From NCBI GenBank assembly GCA_964016885.1, contig OZ024755.1, positions 38,068,001 through 38,132,000 on the forward strand: DNA of 64,000 nt. Reading direction: 5' to 3'. The position numbers were made by a program, and so were the translations under genes. The notes under the pieces were generated by a model, which did no database searches, was not told where the DNA came from, and worked only from the letters and a program-made list of their open reading frames with translations. The number at the start of each line of letters is the position of its first letter. Within the stretch, counting starts at the first letter, position 1. The stretch comes from Eledone cirrhosa (Eukaryota). Positions 12,515 to 26,414 of the stretch are shown one piece after another.

Positions 12515-13830
12515 CAGTCCACTGCTGCACCCCAGTCCACCCCAGTCCACTGCTGCACCCCAGTCCACCCCAGACCACTGCTGCACCCCAGTCCACCCCA
12601 GTCCACTGCTGCACCCCAGTCCACCCCAGTCCACTGCTGCACCCCAGTCCACCCCAGTCCACTGCTGCACCCCAGTCCACCCCAGTCCACCCCAGTCCAC
12701 TGCTGCACCCCAGTCCACCCCAGTCCACTGCTGCACTCCAGTCCACCCCAGTCCACTGCTGCACCCCAGTCCACCCCAGTCCACTGCTGCACTCCAGTCC
12801 ACCCCAGTCCACTGCTGCACCCCAGTCCACCCCAGTCCACTGCTGCACCCCAGTCCACCCCAGACCACTGCTGCACTCCAGTCCACCCCAGACCACTGCT
12901 GCACCCCAGTCCACCCCAGTCCACTGCTGCACCCCAGTCCACCCCAGTCCACCCCAGACCACTGCTGCACCCCAGTCCACCCCAGTCCACTGCTGCACCC
13001 CAGTCCACTGCTGCACCCCAGTCCACCCCAGTCCACCCCAGTCCACCCCAGACCACTGCTGCACCCCAGTCCACCCCAGTCCACTGCTGCACTCCAGTCC
13101 ACCCCAGACCACTGCTGCACCCCAGTCCACCCCAGTCCACTGCTGCACCCCAGTCCACCCCAGACCACTGCTGCACTCCAGTCCACCCCAGACCACTGCT
13201 GCACCCCAGTCCACCCCAGTCCACTGCTGCACCCCAGTCCACCCCAGTCCACCCCAGACCACTGCTGCACCCCAGTCCACCCCAGTCCACTGCTGCACCC
13301 CAGTCCACCCCAGTCCACTGCTGCACCCCAGTCCACCCCAGTCCACCCCAGACCACTGCTGCACCCCAGTCCACCCCAGTCCACTGCTGCACCCCAGTCC
13401 ACCCCAGTCCACTGCTGCACCCCAGTCCACCCCAGTCCACTGCTGCACCCCAGTCCACCCCAGTCCACTGCTGCACCCCAGTCCACCCCAGACCACTGCT
13501 GCACCCCAGTCCACCCCAGTCCACTGCTGCACCCCAGTCCACCCCAGTCCACTGCTGCACCCCAGTCCACCCCAGTCCACCCCAGTCCACCCCAGTCCAC
13601 CCCAGACCACTGCTGCACCCCAGTCCACCCCAGTCCACTGCTGCACCCCAGTCCACCCCAGTCCACTGCTGCACCCCAGTCCACCCCAGACCACTGCTGC
13701 ACCCCAGTCCACCCCAGTCCACTGCTGCACCCCAGTCCACCCCAGTCCACTGCTGCACCCCAGTCCACCCCAGTCCACTGCTGCACTCCAGTCCACCCCA
13801 GACCACTGCTGCACCCCAGTCCACCCCAGT
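12515..13830. repeat. GC-rich minisatellite built from CCCCAGTCCA and CTGCTGCA (main unit 28 bp)
   Basis: Direct tandem repetition; produces the 400-500 aa spurious ORFs. Confidence 0.95.
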
Positions 13831-14246
13831 GTATTGTTTATATATGGTGGTTTGGATGTTTGGTTTATTTCTGTTTAGAAAGCAAAAACTAATTCTTCCT
13901 TGACAGAGTTTAGGATAGAAAACACATTATTTCTTTACACATAGAACTAATATATATATGTGTGTATATATATATATATAAGTATGTATGTATATATATG
14001 TATATATATATATGTGTAAAAGGTAAACAAATATATGTAGTATGTGGAAGGAATATATTAGTTTAACGCTTGAAATAGCAGGAAGACTACAAAATCCAAT
14101 ATATTCTTTCCTTTGTTTTTAAGACAGCTGAGTGTGACTTAAGGAAGAGTTGGCTGTTATTTTTAGCAGGGTGAGGAACTGTGTAGAGGCTCTTGTTGAC
14201 TTGATTAGTGATAGCAAGGTTGAGGCGCTGAAACAACCAAGCGCCC

Positions 14247-14470
14247 TTAACCCCTTAGCATTTAAACCGGCTGTATCCGGCCAGAATTCTCTCACCTCTT
14301 TCTGTTCAAACTGGCTGTAATTAGCCACTCATGCCTACATTAAGGTATTCTTCACAAAATAGATATCAAAATCTCGTAGATTCGATATTATGTGAGAAAA
14401 TTATGTGAGGTAAAGCCTTTACTGCAAAAATACAATAGTTTATACAGTAATGTAAATGCTAAAGGGTTAA
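14247..14470 (+). mobile_element. piggyBac-type MITE, complete (216 bp between TTAA sites)
   Basis: TTAA-ccccttagcattta ... taaatgctaaaggg-TTAA. Confidence 0.9.
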
Positions 14471-14639
14471 GGGCATCACCTGACATCTCGGTTTGGTGAG
14501 CTGCTAACTATGACAAGAACTTTACTGTCAGTGCCAACCCCCAACATCTTGAATGAAACAGGCTGAAAGAAATAGTTTATCAATAATTGCCAGTCAATAT
14601 TTGAGACAACTTCCAACATATTCACCAAAGCCAATTTCT

Positions 14640-15029
14640 TTCATTTCATTTCATTTTACGTCCGCTGTTTCCCTGCTTGCAAGGGTGGGACGGGAACTGA
14701 TGCTGGCTTGATTTCTACAGCTGGATGCCCTTCCTAACACCAACCTCATTTACAGTGAGTGCTGGGTGCTTTTTTTTTCTGTGGCGCCTACACGTCCACT
14801 TTACAGTGTGGGCTGGGTGTTTTTTTGCCGTGGCACCTCCACTACCACTTTACAGTGGAATGATAGGGACCCCAGTCCCTATCATCTCATTTCTACAGCT
14901 GAGTAAACTGGAGCAATGTGAAATAAAGTCTCTTGCTCAAGGAAACAACACATCACCCGGTCTGAGAATTGAACTCACAACCTTTCGATTGCAAGCCCAA
15001 TACTCTAACCACTAAGCCATGTGCCTCCA
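14640..15029 (-). mobile_element. SINE family A
   Basis: Reverse complement of 4890-5235 with an extra internal module. Confidence 0.85.
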
Positions 15030-15544
15030 TTCTTTATAAAAACTAATATTTTTATATTTCCTAAAAACCATTCTAATGATTTTTCTGAAGCTACTGTTGG
15101 ATGTTGAAAACTACTAAACCATTAAACTATCAAATTACGCCACTTTATTTTGATAATATACACAGTTGCTTCACAGATTAAATATATATATAGAGAGAAG
15201 GGTTAAGCATTATAGGGTGTTTGTATATGAAGAAAGGGGAGCCGGAGCCGATTAGTTAGTGGGAGAGTGCAAGTGTATTGTTGTTGGCAGTGTAAACATC
15301 CGGTAGATCCATACAAACAGTACACATTGTGTTTACTAAGGAGGGGATACAAATAAGGGTTAAATGTAGAGCAGTTAAGGTTTCAGTTGTCACCTCTTTC
15401 CTCCATACTGGACAAATGGTTTTGATGAGGCCCCATTACCACCTAACCCACCCATAGACCTTAATAACACTAATACAACTATACCATCCTCTAAAGGCCA
15501 TCATCAATGCCAAAGGTAAATTTAATCTTAGCCTTGGCTTAATA

Positions 15545-16120
15545 CACACACTCACTACACACATATATACACACATACTTCACTTTACACACACTATCTT
15601 CACACACATACACACACACTTCACTTTACACACACGCACATATACTTCACTTTACATACACACACTCACTACACACATACTTCACTTTACACACACTCAC
15701 TACACACATACTTCACTTTACACACACTCTCTTCACACACATACACACACACTTCACTTTACACACACGCACACATACTTCACTTTACATACACACACTC
15801 ACTACACACATACTTCACTTTACACACACTCTCTTCACACACATACAGACACACATACACACACAGTTCACTTTACACACACTCATTACACACATACACA
15901 CACACTTCACTTTACACACACTCATTACACACATACACACACACTTCACTTTACACACACTCATTACACACACGCACACATACTTCACTTTACATACACA
16001 CACTCACTACACACATACTTCACTTTACACACACTTCACTTTACACACACACACACACACACACACACATACTTCACTTTACATACACACACTCACTACA
16101 CACACATACTTTACTTAGAT
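15545..16120. repeat. CA-rich minisatellite (cacttcactttacacac)
   Basis: Tandem repetition. Confidence 0.9.
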
Positions 16121-17137
16121 ACACTTTTTATATCCACATATCCACACACTTTACATATACTCTTAATATACACACACACCACACACCACACAAACACGAC
16201 TTTACATATACCTTTAATATATACACCCACATAGACATTATTTCCCAGGTGGTGGAGGGGTTCAGTCAGTTTTTCCCACACCCCATCCTAAATTATCAGT
16301 AAACCCCATTATATCTTAAATATTCACAAGCCAAGGTGGAGAAATACATTGGTTTTATTTAACTTAGTTCTTATCTTAGAAGAAATATATCTCAAGTGTC
16401 CATTGTATTTAACAGCATTGTATTTCTAGTATATTTGTGTTTTGGGAGGTAGCATGACCCCACTGGTTAAGGAGTTTACTTGGCTATCATTAGGTCCTAT
16501 CCTTAATCCTGTAGCTGGTGGTGGGGGCATAGGGGGATACTGTATTGATGTAGAACATTTCTAGAGCGTCTTTTAAAAACCTGGGAGAACCCATCCCCTC
16601 TCCAGGTCTAATTACAGTAGATTTCTCACAGAGAGGGATAGAGAGTGAGAGAAAGATATAAAGGAAGAGTCAACCCCAGTACTAGACTGGTACTTTTTTT
16701 TTTATCGACCTCAAATGGATGAAAGGCAAAGTTGACCTCGGTAGGATTTGAACTCAGAGAGCAGAGGGCCAAAACAATGCCACAGAGCTTCCTGTGCAAC
16801 ATTCTAATGACTCCGTTAATTTGCTGCCTAGATTCAGTCCTACAGAGAAACATATTAGGCAAGTGTCTTTATAGCCTCTACCCATGTCTTGTCGGTGAAA
16901 TTGGGTTGGAGACTGGTTGGAAGCCTAGACAGTACCTATAATTCTAATGTCCAATCTTGAGACACACTGAGTCTTCCTGAGACATTAAAGGTATATGTAT
17001 TTCTGGTATGCTCATCATTGAAACCCATAGAAATCTATTCCATTCCTTTCAATGATATCATTATATGCCTCCTATTTCTCATCATCCCTCGATTGTATGG
17101 TCAGTTTTCCAAGCTGCCTTGTGCTTGACCAAGCATT

Positions 17138-17393
17138 TTAACCCTTTGGCATTTAAACCGGCCATATCTGACCAGAATTCTCTCAACTCTTCCAGTTCAA
17201 ACCGGCCATAACTGGCCACTCATACTAATGTTAAGGTATTGTTCTCAAAATAAATGATATCAAAATCTCATTGATTCGATACTATCATTGATTCGATACT
17301 ATGTGGGATGATTATGTAAGATAAAGCATTTACCATGAAAATACAATAGTATATATATATATATATATATATATGTAAATGTTAAAGGGTTAA
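17138..17393 (+). mobile_element. piggyBac-type MITE, complete
   Basis: TTAA-ccctttggcattta ... taaatgttaaaggg-TTAA. Confidence 0.85.
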
Positions 17394-17618
17394 GGTAATG
17401 TTTTACAGCTAAATGCCTTTTCTAGCCCCAACCCTTTTAAATACCTTTTACAATACACAGGGGGATCTGTGTACCTATTCTAAAGATCTAGATACAGTGA
17501 TCTAATACTGTTGTAGCTATGATATTTATAATGTTGTATTATGATATAGACATAATATATATATCGTAATACAATCTCTACATTGTTGATATCTACCAGC
17601 CCCAACTCTTGATAAGAT

Positions 17619-18381
17619 TTAACCCTTTAGCATTTAAACTGGCAGTATTTGGCCAGAATCCTCTCACCTCTTTCTGTTCAAACCGGCTGTAAGTGGCTAC
17701 TCATACTGATGTTAAAGTATTGTTCTCAAAATAAATAATGTCAAATTCTCATACATTTGATATTATGTGAGACAATTATGTAAGATACAGTGTTTACAGT
17801 GAAAATACAATAAATATAGAGTAATCATTTCATCATCATTTCATTTTACGTCCGCTTTTTCCCTGCTTGCAAGGGTGGGACGGGAACTGATTCTGGCTTG
17901 ATTTCTACAGCTGGATGCCCTTTCTAACACCAACCTCATTTACAGTGAGTGCTAGGTGCTTTTTTTTTCTGTGGCGCCTACACGTCCACTTTGCAGTGGA
18001 ATGATAGGGACCCCAGTCCCTATCATCTCATTTCTACAGCTGAGTAAACTGGAGCAATGTGAAATAAAGTGTCTTGCTCAAGGAAACAACACATCACCCG
18101 GTCTGAGAATTGAACTCACAACCTTTCGATCGCAAGGCCAATGCTCTAACCACTAAGCCATGTGCCTCCATTTAAACCAGCCATATCTGGCCAGAATTCC
18201 CTCACCTCTTTCTGTCCAAACTAGCTGTAACTGGCCACTCATACTGATGTTAAGGTATTGTTCTCAAAATAAATAATATCAAAATCTTATAGATTCGACA
18301 TTATGTGAGATATGTAAGAAAAAGCCTTTGCCACAAAAATACAATTGTATATGTAGAATAATGTAAATTCTTATGGGTTAA
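17619..18381 (+). mobile_element. MITE - SINE A (minus strand, 17826-18170) - MITE composite
   Basis: First MITE body lacks the right TIR, second lacks the left TIR; the outer ends carry TTAA. Confidence 0.75.
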
Positions 18382-18662
18382 CACAAACAGTTTTGTATCA
18401 TAAAACTGGGTGGGGATGTGGGGGTGGGGGCACTTTGGTATCAAAAGTGTTTAGGAATTATAGTGAAAATTAAGATAGCAAAAAAAAAAGGAAGTAGTCC
18501 TTGAGATTGTGAATAGACTAAAGTAATTTATTGAATTGTCAAATAATAAATAAGTCTGTGGTTAAGGTCACAGGTGATGTCATTTATTGTGTGTGTGTGT
18601 GTGGGGCGTCCTTTAAAGAATGTCACATATAGCTTCTTATCACCTGTGGGTTGCTTTATCAG

Positions 18663-18717
18663 ACACCATTTACTAATATGTATATAAAAGCTACAGAAGC
18701 AAAAGACCAACCAAACA
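18663..18717 (+). CDS. Candidate exon (55 nt, phase 0-1): [18 protein letters not shown]
   Basis: ttgctttatcAG acceptor, GTGAGT donor, one open frame, phase-compatible with the 33663 exon. Confidence 0.6.
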
Positions 18718-18774
18718 GTGAGTGTGTTCTGTTATTATTTCTGGCAATATTATTTCAATATGACCCTCCCCAAG

Positions 18775-18826
18775 TATATGTATATATATATATATATGTA
18801 TGTATATATATATATGTATATGTATA

Positions 18827-18917
<91 letters not shown>

Positions 18918-18970
18918 GTGTGTGTATATATATGTATATGTGTGTGTGTATATATATATATATATGTATG

Positions 18971-19031
<61 letters not shown>

Positions 19032-19098
19032 GTGTGTGTATATATATATATATGTATGTATATATATATGTATGTATATATATATATATATATGTATG

Positions 19099-19131
<33 letters not shown>

Positions 19132-19135
19132 GTAT

Positions 19136-19171
<36 letters not shown>

Positions 19172-19324
19172 GTATGTATATATATATATGTATGTATATA
19201 TATATATGTATGTATATATATATATATGTATGTATATATATATATATATATGTATGTATATATATATATATATGTATGTATATATATATATATATATATA
19301 TGTACATATATATATATATATATA

Positions 19325-19401
<77 letters not shown>

Positions 19402-19410
19402 GTATATATC
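18775..19410. repeat. (TA)n/(TG)n compound microsatellite
   Basis: Direct reading. Similar tracts at 21085-22215, 22665-23590, 28030-28370, 30630-31350 and 37743-37912. Confidence 0.95.
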
Positions 19411-19647
19411 TCTGTGATTAACCAGGTACCTTACAGATATATTTAGACATATATTTATAAATACATACTTGTGGGTGGGTGTTTATTATATATATTTATT
19501 TATTAAGTATTATTTTTGTTATTTTAATGAATAAATGTTTGATGACACCTGGTGACTAAGATAGTAACTAACCATGTTATCTTCCTTTACTTCTTCTTTC
19601 TTTCCATTGGATTATCCTGTTAGATTAACCTTTTTTCCCAAAGATTA

Positions 19648-19895
19648 TCACTACCACTATTACTGCCACTACTACTATTGCTACTACTACTACTATTGCT
19701 ACTGCCACTACCACTACTGCTACTACTACTACTACTACCACTACTACTACTGCTACTACTACTACTACTACTACTACTACCACTACCGCTACTACTACTA
19801 CTACTACTACTACTACTAATGTTACTGCTACTACCACCACCACTACCACCACCACCACCACCACCACCACCACCACTACTACTACTACTACTACA
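19648..19895. repeat. (CTA)n/(CCA)n trinucleotide repeat
   Basis: Direct reading. Confidence 0.95.
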
Positions 19896-20127
19896 AGTTT
19901 TATCCATTCTAAGGAGAGATATTAGTGTAAACAATAGATTGCTTAGTAAAGTGTCTATATTTAACACAATACTATGGAAAATCAATGATTTAAAAGACCT
20001 TAACACCACAGTCAATGTGTAGTAATTCCTTTTGTTTTTTATACTACAATGGTTATAAAAAAAATTTTGAACACAACAACAGGTAATGTCTCCACAGCTG
20101 TTTTTTTGTATGTTTGTATGTGTGTAT

Positions 20128-20476
20128 CATCATTTCATTTTCATCATTTCATTTTACGTCCGCTTTTCCCTGCTTGCAAGGGTGGGACGGGAACTGATTC
20201 TGGCTTGATTTCTACAGCTGGATGCCCTTCCTAACACCAACCTCATTTACAGTGAGTGCTGGGTGCTTTTTTGCCGTGGCACCTCCACGACCACTTTGCA
20301 GTGGAATGATAGGGACCCCAGTCCCTATCATCTCATTTCTACAGCTGAGTAAACTGGAGCAATGTGAAATAAAGTGTCTTGCTCAAGGAAACAACACATC
20401 ACCCGGTCTGAGAATTGAACTCACAACCTTTTGATTGCAAGGCCAATGCTCTAACCACTCAGCTATGTGCCTCCAT
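20128..20476 (-). mobile_element. SINE family A
   Basis: Reverse complement of 4890-5235. Confidence 0.85.
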
Positions 20477-20498
20477 GTATGTATATATATATATATAT

Positions 20499-20635
20499 AT
20501 AGGAACAAGTAAGACCCCGACGGCTGAGCTCAAGCCGTCGGGGTCTTACTTGTTCCTATTACCCACTCTACTACCCTAAGTATTGAGTACTTTGGTGCGT
20601 TATGGTCCACCTGGTTCCTTACCACATTTCCTTCG

Positions 20636-20640
<5 letters not shown>
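20499..20640 (+). mobile_element. Penelope-like remnant (short fold-back plus tail)
   Basis: ggaacaagtaagaccccgacggct/agccgtcggggtcttacttgttcc arms, tail hairpin 20565-20588, TA-flanked; relatives at 8598-8655, 22500-22666, 37450-37580 and 60365-60445. Confidence 0.6.
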
Positions 20641-20699
<59 letters not shown>

Positions 20700-20703
<4 letters not shown>

Positions 20704-21091
20704 CCAGGGGGTGTAACTTGGAGTTACTGCAGGTTCACCCGGGAGAGCACTCGATATTTAGGTTCACTTCTGTGATGAGGTGTAGAGCTATACACAGTGT
20801 AATATATTGAAAGGATAACAAGGACTATTGATTACTCCTTCATTGTATTTATTGATAGGTGATGCGCATTTCGCCACTGATCAGCTCAATGTTCGATCTG
20901 TATTGATCTTACCCGACTCAATAATCGGTGGCTCGACGGACCCAAATAAGGGTACGTCAAGCCACCGATTATTGAGTCGGGTAAGATCAATACAGATCGA
21001 ACCTTGAGCTGATCAGTGGCGAAATGCGCGTCACCTATCAATAAATACAATGAAGGAATAATCAATAGTCCTTGTTATCCTTTCAATATAT
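20700..21091. mobile_element. Penelope-like remnant: ~290-bp fold-back (20802-21091) plus tail
   Basis: Near-perfect inverted arms, each with the hammerhead 3' half GAAAT-gcgc-RTC and AATAAA; TA-flanked. Confidence 0.6.
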
Positions 21092-21118
21092 ATATATATA
21101 TATGTGTGTGTATATATA

Positions 21119-21151
<33 letters not shown>

Positions 21152-21222
21152 ATAAAAATATATATATATATGTGTGTGTGTGTATATATATATGTGTATA
21201 TATATATGTGTGTGTATATATA

Positions 21223-21255
<33 letters not shown>

Positions 21256-21326
21256 ATAAAAATATATATATATATGTGTGTGTGTGTATATATATATGTG
21301 TGTATATATGTGTGTGTGTATATATA

Positions 21327-21359
<33 letters not shown>

Positions 21360-22468
21360 ATAAAAATATATATATATATGTGTGTGTGTGTATATATATA
21401 TGTGTGTATATATGTGTGTGTGTATATATATGTGTGTGTATATGTGTGTGTGTGTGTGTATAAAAAAATATATATATATATGTGTGTGTGTATATATATA
21501 TGTGTGTATATATGTGTGTGTGTATATATATGTGTGTGTATATGTGTGTGTGTGTGTGTATAAAAATATATATATATATATATGTGTGTGTGTATATATA
21601 TATGTGTGTATATATGTGTGTGTGTATATATATGTGTGTGTATATGTGTGTGTGTGTGTGTATAAAAATATATATATATATATATGTGTGTGTGTATATA
21701 TATATGTGTGTATATATGTGTGTGTGTATATATATGTGTGTGTATATGTGTGTGTGTGTGTATAAAAATATATATATATATATGTGTGTTTGTGTGCATA
21801 TCTATATATATATGTGTGTGTGTGTATGTGTGTGTATATATACATATGTGTGTGTATGTATATATATATATGTCTGTGTGTGTGTATGTATATACGTATG
21901 TGTGAATATGTGTATGTATATGTGTGTGTGTGTGTATGTATATATGTGTGTATGTATATATGCTTGTGTGTGTATATATATATTGTGTATGTATATATGC
22001 ATGTGTGTATGTGTATGTACATGTGTGTGTGTGTGTGTATGTATATATGTGTGTGTGTGTATGTATATATGTGTGTGTATGTATATATATCTATGTGTGT
22101 ATGTGTATGTATATATGTGTGTGTGTGTGTGTATGTGTATGTATATATGTGTGTGTGTATATATATATGTGTGTATGTGTATGTATGTATATATGCTAGT
22201 GTGTGTGTGTGTGTTTATACCCGGTTCAATCGGAGGTAACCACAGTAAGTAAGGTAATCAATACACAGCAGAGTATAAATATTTAATATAGAAATGGCTT
22301 CTACAGGACTAGAACCGTTTCATCCGACGGAAATTATCCTGATGATTTCCTTTGAATGAAACAGCTCTAGTCCTGTAGAAGCCATTTCTATATTAAATAT
22401 TATATATATATTTAGATCTGTCCAACCTTTACTAGCAGGGAAAGTGGACAATAAAATGACAATGATGA

Positions 22469-22503
<35 letters not shown>

Positions 22504-22664
22504 GAAGGAAATGTGGTAAGGAACCAGGTGGACCATAACGCACCAAAGTACTCAATACTTAGGGTAGTAGAGTGGGTAATAGGAACGAGTAGGACCCCGA
22601 CGGCTGAGCTCAGAATTAGCTGTCGAAACGGCTTGAGCTCAGCCGTCGGGGTCCTACTCGTTGC

Positions 22665-22721
<57 letters not shown>

Positions 22722-22800
22722 GGGTGTGTGTGTGTGTATATATATATATATGGGTGTGTGTATGTGTGTGTGTGTGTATATATATATATGGGTGTGTGTA

Positions 22801-22835
<35 letters not shown>

Positions 22836-22837
22836 GG

Positions 22838-22889
<52 letters not shown>

Positions 22890-22972
22890 GGGTGTGTGTA
22901 TGTGTGTGTATATATATATATATATATATGGGTGTGTGTGTATATATATATATATATATGGGTGTGTGTATA

Positions 22973-23007
<35 letters not shown>

Positions 23008-23098
23008 GGGTGTGTGTATATGTGTGTGTGTGTATATATATATATATATGGGTGTGTGTATGTGTGTGTGTGTGTATATATATATATGGGTGTGTGTA

Positions 23099-23135
<37 letters not shown>

Positions 23136-23617
23136 GGGTGTGTGTATATGTGGGTGTGTGTATATATATATATATATATATATGGGTGTGTGTATATGTG
23201 GGTGGGTGTATATATATATATATATATATATGGGTGTGTGTATATGTGGGTGTGTATATATATATATATATATATGGGTGTGTGTATATGTGGGTGTGTG
23301 TATATATATATATATATGTGGGTGTCTGGGTGTATATTAAATGGAATTTGTAAAATAGCAGGGAAAGTGACCGGTAAAACAACAATGATGATGATGGTAT
23401 GTATGTATGTATATATATATGTGTGTGTGTGTATGTATATGTGTGTGTGTGTATGTATGTATATATATATATGTGTGTGTGTATGTATATGTGTGTGTGT
23501 GTGTGTATGTATGTATATATATATATGTGTGTGTGTGTATATATGTGTGTGTATGTATGTATGTTCATATATATATGTGTGTGTGTATTAAAAGTGGTTT
23601 GTCAAATATCAACTGAA

Positions 23618-23905
23618 TGAGCACTAAATACCTGTGGGCAGAGTGTGAGTGTGAGCACTAAATACCTGTGGGAAGAGTGTGGTTTGTGTGTGTGTGTGTG
23701 AGTGTGAGCACTAAATACCTGTGGTTGTGTGTGTGTGAGTGTGAGTGTGAGCACTAAATACCTGTGGTTGTGTGTGTGTGAGTGTGAGCACTAAATACCT
23801 GTGGGCAGAGTGTGGTTGTGTGTGTGTGTGTGAGTGTGAGCACTAAATACCTGTGGTTGTGTGTGTGTGTGAGTGTGAGCACTAAATACCTGTGGCAGAG
23901 TGTGG
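23618..23905. repeat. Minisatellite gagcactaaatacctgtgg separated by (GT)n
   Basis: About 6 copies. Confidence 0.85.
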
Positions 23906-23947
23906 ATTTTATTTTCAAAGTTTCAGCTTGGTCTCTTCATCTGTGTT

Positions 23948-24236
23948 GTGGACTTTGTTGTCACTTGAGGTCACTGGTTGTGACTTGGTGATAACTCATA
24001 TGAACATAAAGCAAGATAAATGAAAATAACAACAATAATAATAATAATGATAATATTAAACTCCCAGTAGAGATTACATTTGTATTTTCTTTCTAAACAA
24101 AATGGCTCCATCCAACAAAACATTTCATAATTACAAGAGAAAACACTGACAACATTATAGAAAGACAAAACCATGTGGAGAACAAACAAATATAAGTAAT
24201 AAAATACTGAAGTACTTCCTCTAAGTAATGCACACA

Positions 24237-24277
<41 letters not shown>

Positions 24278-25072
24278 GGAAACTATATTTATAAAACCAT
24301 ATTTATTTTATTATATATATTTCAAGGGCAACCAAGGCAAATTATGGTGCGCTTTCATCAGATAAAATACAGATTTATTTTATAAATAAATATTGACATA
24401 CCCGGGGAAAAAAAGACAACCTTAACAGTTGGAGCTTCCTGGATAGGAAGCTATCCAGAGCATTGGGCTTGCAATCGAAAGGTTGTGAGTTCAATTCTCA
24501 GACCGGGTGATGTGTTGTTTCCTTGAGCAAGACACTTTATTTCACATTGCTCCAGTTTACTCAGCTGTAGAAATGAGATGATAGGGACTGGGGTCCATAT
24601 CATTCCACTGCAAAGTGGTCGTGGAGGTGCCACGGCAAAAAAGCACCCAGCACTCACTGTAAATGAGGTTGGTGTTAAGAAGGGCATCCAGCTGTAGAAA
24701 TCAAGCCAGAATCAGTTCCCGCCCCACCCTTGCAAGCAGGGAAAAAGCGGAAGTAAAATGAAATGATGAAATGATGATGATGATGTGTGCATTACTTAGA
24801 GGAAGTACTTCAGTATTTTATTACTTATATTTGTTTGTTCTCCACATGGTTTTGTCTTTCTATAATGTTGTCTGTGTTTTCTCTTGTAATTATGGAATGT
24901 TTTGTTGGATGGAGCCATTTTGTTTAGAAAGAAAATACAAATGTAATCTCTACTGGGAGTTTAATATTATCATTATTATTATTATTGTTGTTATTTTCAT
25001 TTATCTTGCTTTATGTTTATATGAGTTATCACCAAGTCACAACCAGTGACCTCAAGTGACAACAAAGTCCAC
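23948..25072. repeat. Inverted duplication, ~290-bp arms (23948-24237 / 24783-25072)
   Basis: Arms are near-identical reverse complements (mirror ORFs differ at 3 aa); the spacer contains a 5'-truncated SINE A (24458-24785). Confidence 0.9.
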
Positions 25073-25245
25073 CATGTTCAACAAACACACACACATGTAA
25101 TCTTTGGTGTTTACACTTGTGATATATTTATATTCCTTAGTATACAGGCAGTTCCCATTAGTACTATTTTTTGTATTTCTTCTATACACGGGGGGGGGGG
25201 GGTCTTCTTCTTCTTCTTCTTCTTCTTCTTCTTCTTCTTCTTCTT

Positions 25246-25276
<31 letters not shown>

Positions 25277-25529
25277 TTAGGGCAGTGTATTGGCAGTATC
25301 GGTAGAGGGTCGGATGCCATGTTTTGCAGCAAAGAGTTACGGCCCTTTATGGTCTGAGTTCAAATCCCGCCGAGGTTAACTTTGCCTTTCATCCTTACGG
25401 GGTCGATAAAATAAAAAGTAACAGTAATGCACTGGGGTAATTGCTGGCCTTGTGCCAAACGTAGAAACAATTATTATTGTTATTGTCTTTCCTTCTCCTT
25501 CAGTATTGTTTCTGTTATATACCGTCTTC

Positions 25530-25880
25530 CTGACACCACTGAAAGGTCGGGTGGAGGTGGTGAATACGTACATCGCGGCCGTCATCTACTACCGCCTGAC
25601 TGTTGTGCCTTGCTTCCTATCCATGCCTTGCAAAGTTGGAACAGCTCCACTAGGACAGGTTCCATTGGTGAGGCGGTCCATCTGCTGCCAGCACCCTCTA
25701 CACAGAGGGCTGGGCATGCCATGGCTAATGTTGCACAAACATGCGCTGAGGCCGTGGCATCTCCAGATATTCTGCCTAAATGGTAAACAGGTGTGGTCAC
25801 CGTTTGTCAGACGGGCCTTTCCGCAGCTCGTCTCTTTGACTGAGCTGCAGTCCTAGGTCAAGGAGAGACCCAGACTGTGT
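25530..25880 (+). mobile_element. L1/Tx1-like LINE ORF2 fragment
   Basis: LKGRVEVVNTYIAAVIYYRLTVVPC...VRRSICCQHPLHRGLGMP resembles the post-RT LSxxGR...GGLG region of L1/Tx1 elements. Confidence 0.7.
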
Positions 25881-26414
25881 CTCTTAAAAACTCTTTGAGA
25901 TAGTACCTAGTGCTCCTATGACAATCCGGACAACCTCGATCTCATGACAGGTAAAGCTAACCTCGGCAGGATTTGAACTAGAAATGTAAAGGGCTGTAAC
26001 TCTATGCCACTCAATTGGTGATTGCAAGTCCTTTACAGGACTGTCATATTTCAGCTAATAATTATTTCATTTCTTTGAGATTTGTCAATTCTTTTCTGAT
26101 AATATTTGGAAAAGTCACATTTATCACATTAAAATATAGATGTTTTAATGAGGAAATAAATCACACGTATACGTGCACATATGCACATGATTTGGGTTAA
26201 ATTAACCCATGGTCTGACCCCTAGGCTTTAGGTATGTCAGGCCCCCTTTAATCATTGGAGCCCTATAGTGAATGTACAATGACAGGCATCTAGTCCCTGT
26301 GGGAGGCTTAGGCTTCAGCCTAGTCACTCTTATAAATAATATAGCCCTGTGTGAGTAAGCAATTGGCAAAGTTGTTAGCGTGCCGGATTTTTTCTGACAC
26401 ACTGCATTATTTCA

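Noticed and set aside
12314-13903. 425-529 aa ORFs in five frames
   Set aside because: Translation of a stop-free 28-bp minisatellite.
21006-21040. CTGATCA-gtggc-GAAAT-gcgc-GTC as a complete hammerhead
   Set aside because: G8 is replaced and the upstream bases do not pair with acctatc; only the 3' half is supported.
23618-23905. Repeat-spacer arrangement (also 50262-50830)
   Set aside because: The spacers are just variable (GT)n or (TA)n tracts.
24335-24372. Minus-strand ttttatCTGATGAaagcgc hammerhead-like motif
   Set aside because: No helix II and no valid NUH pairing; at most a deleted relic.
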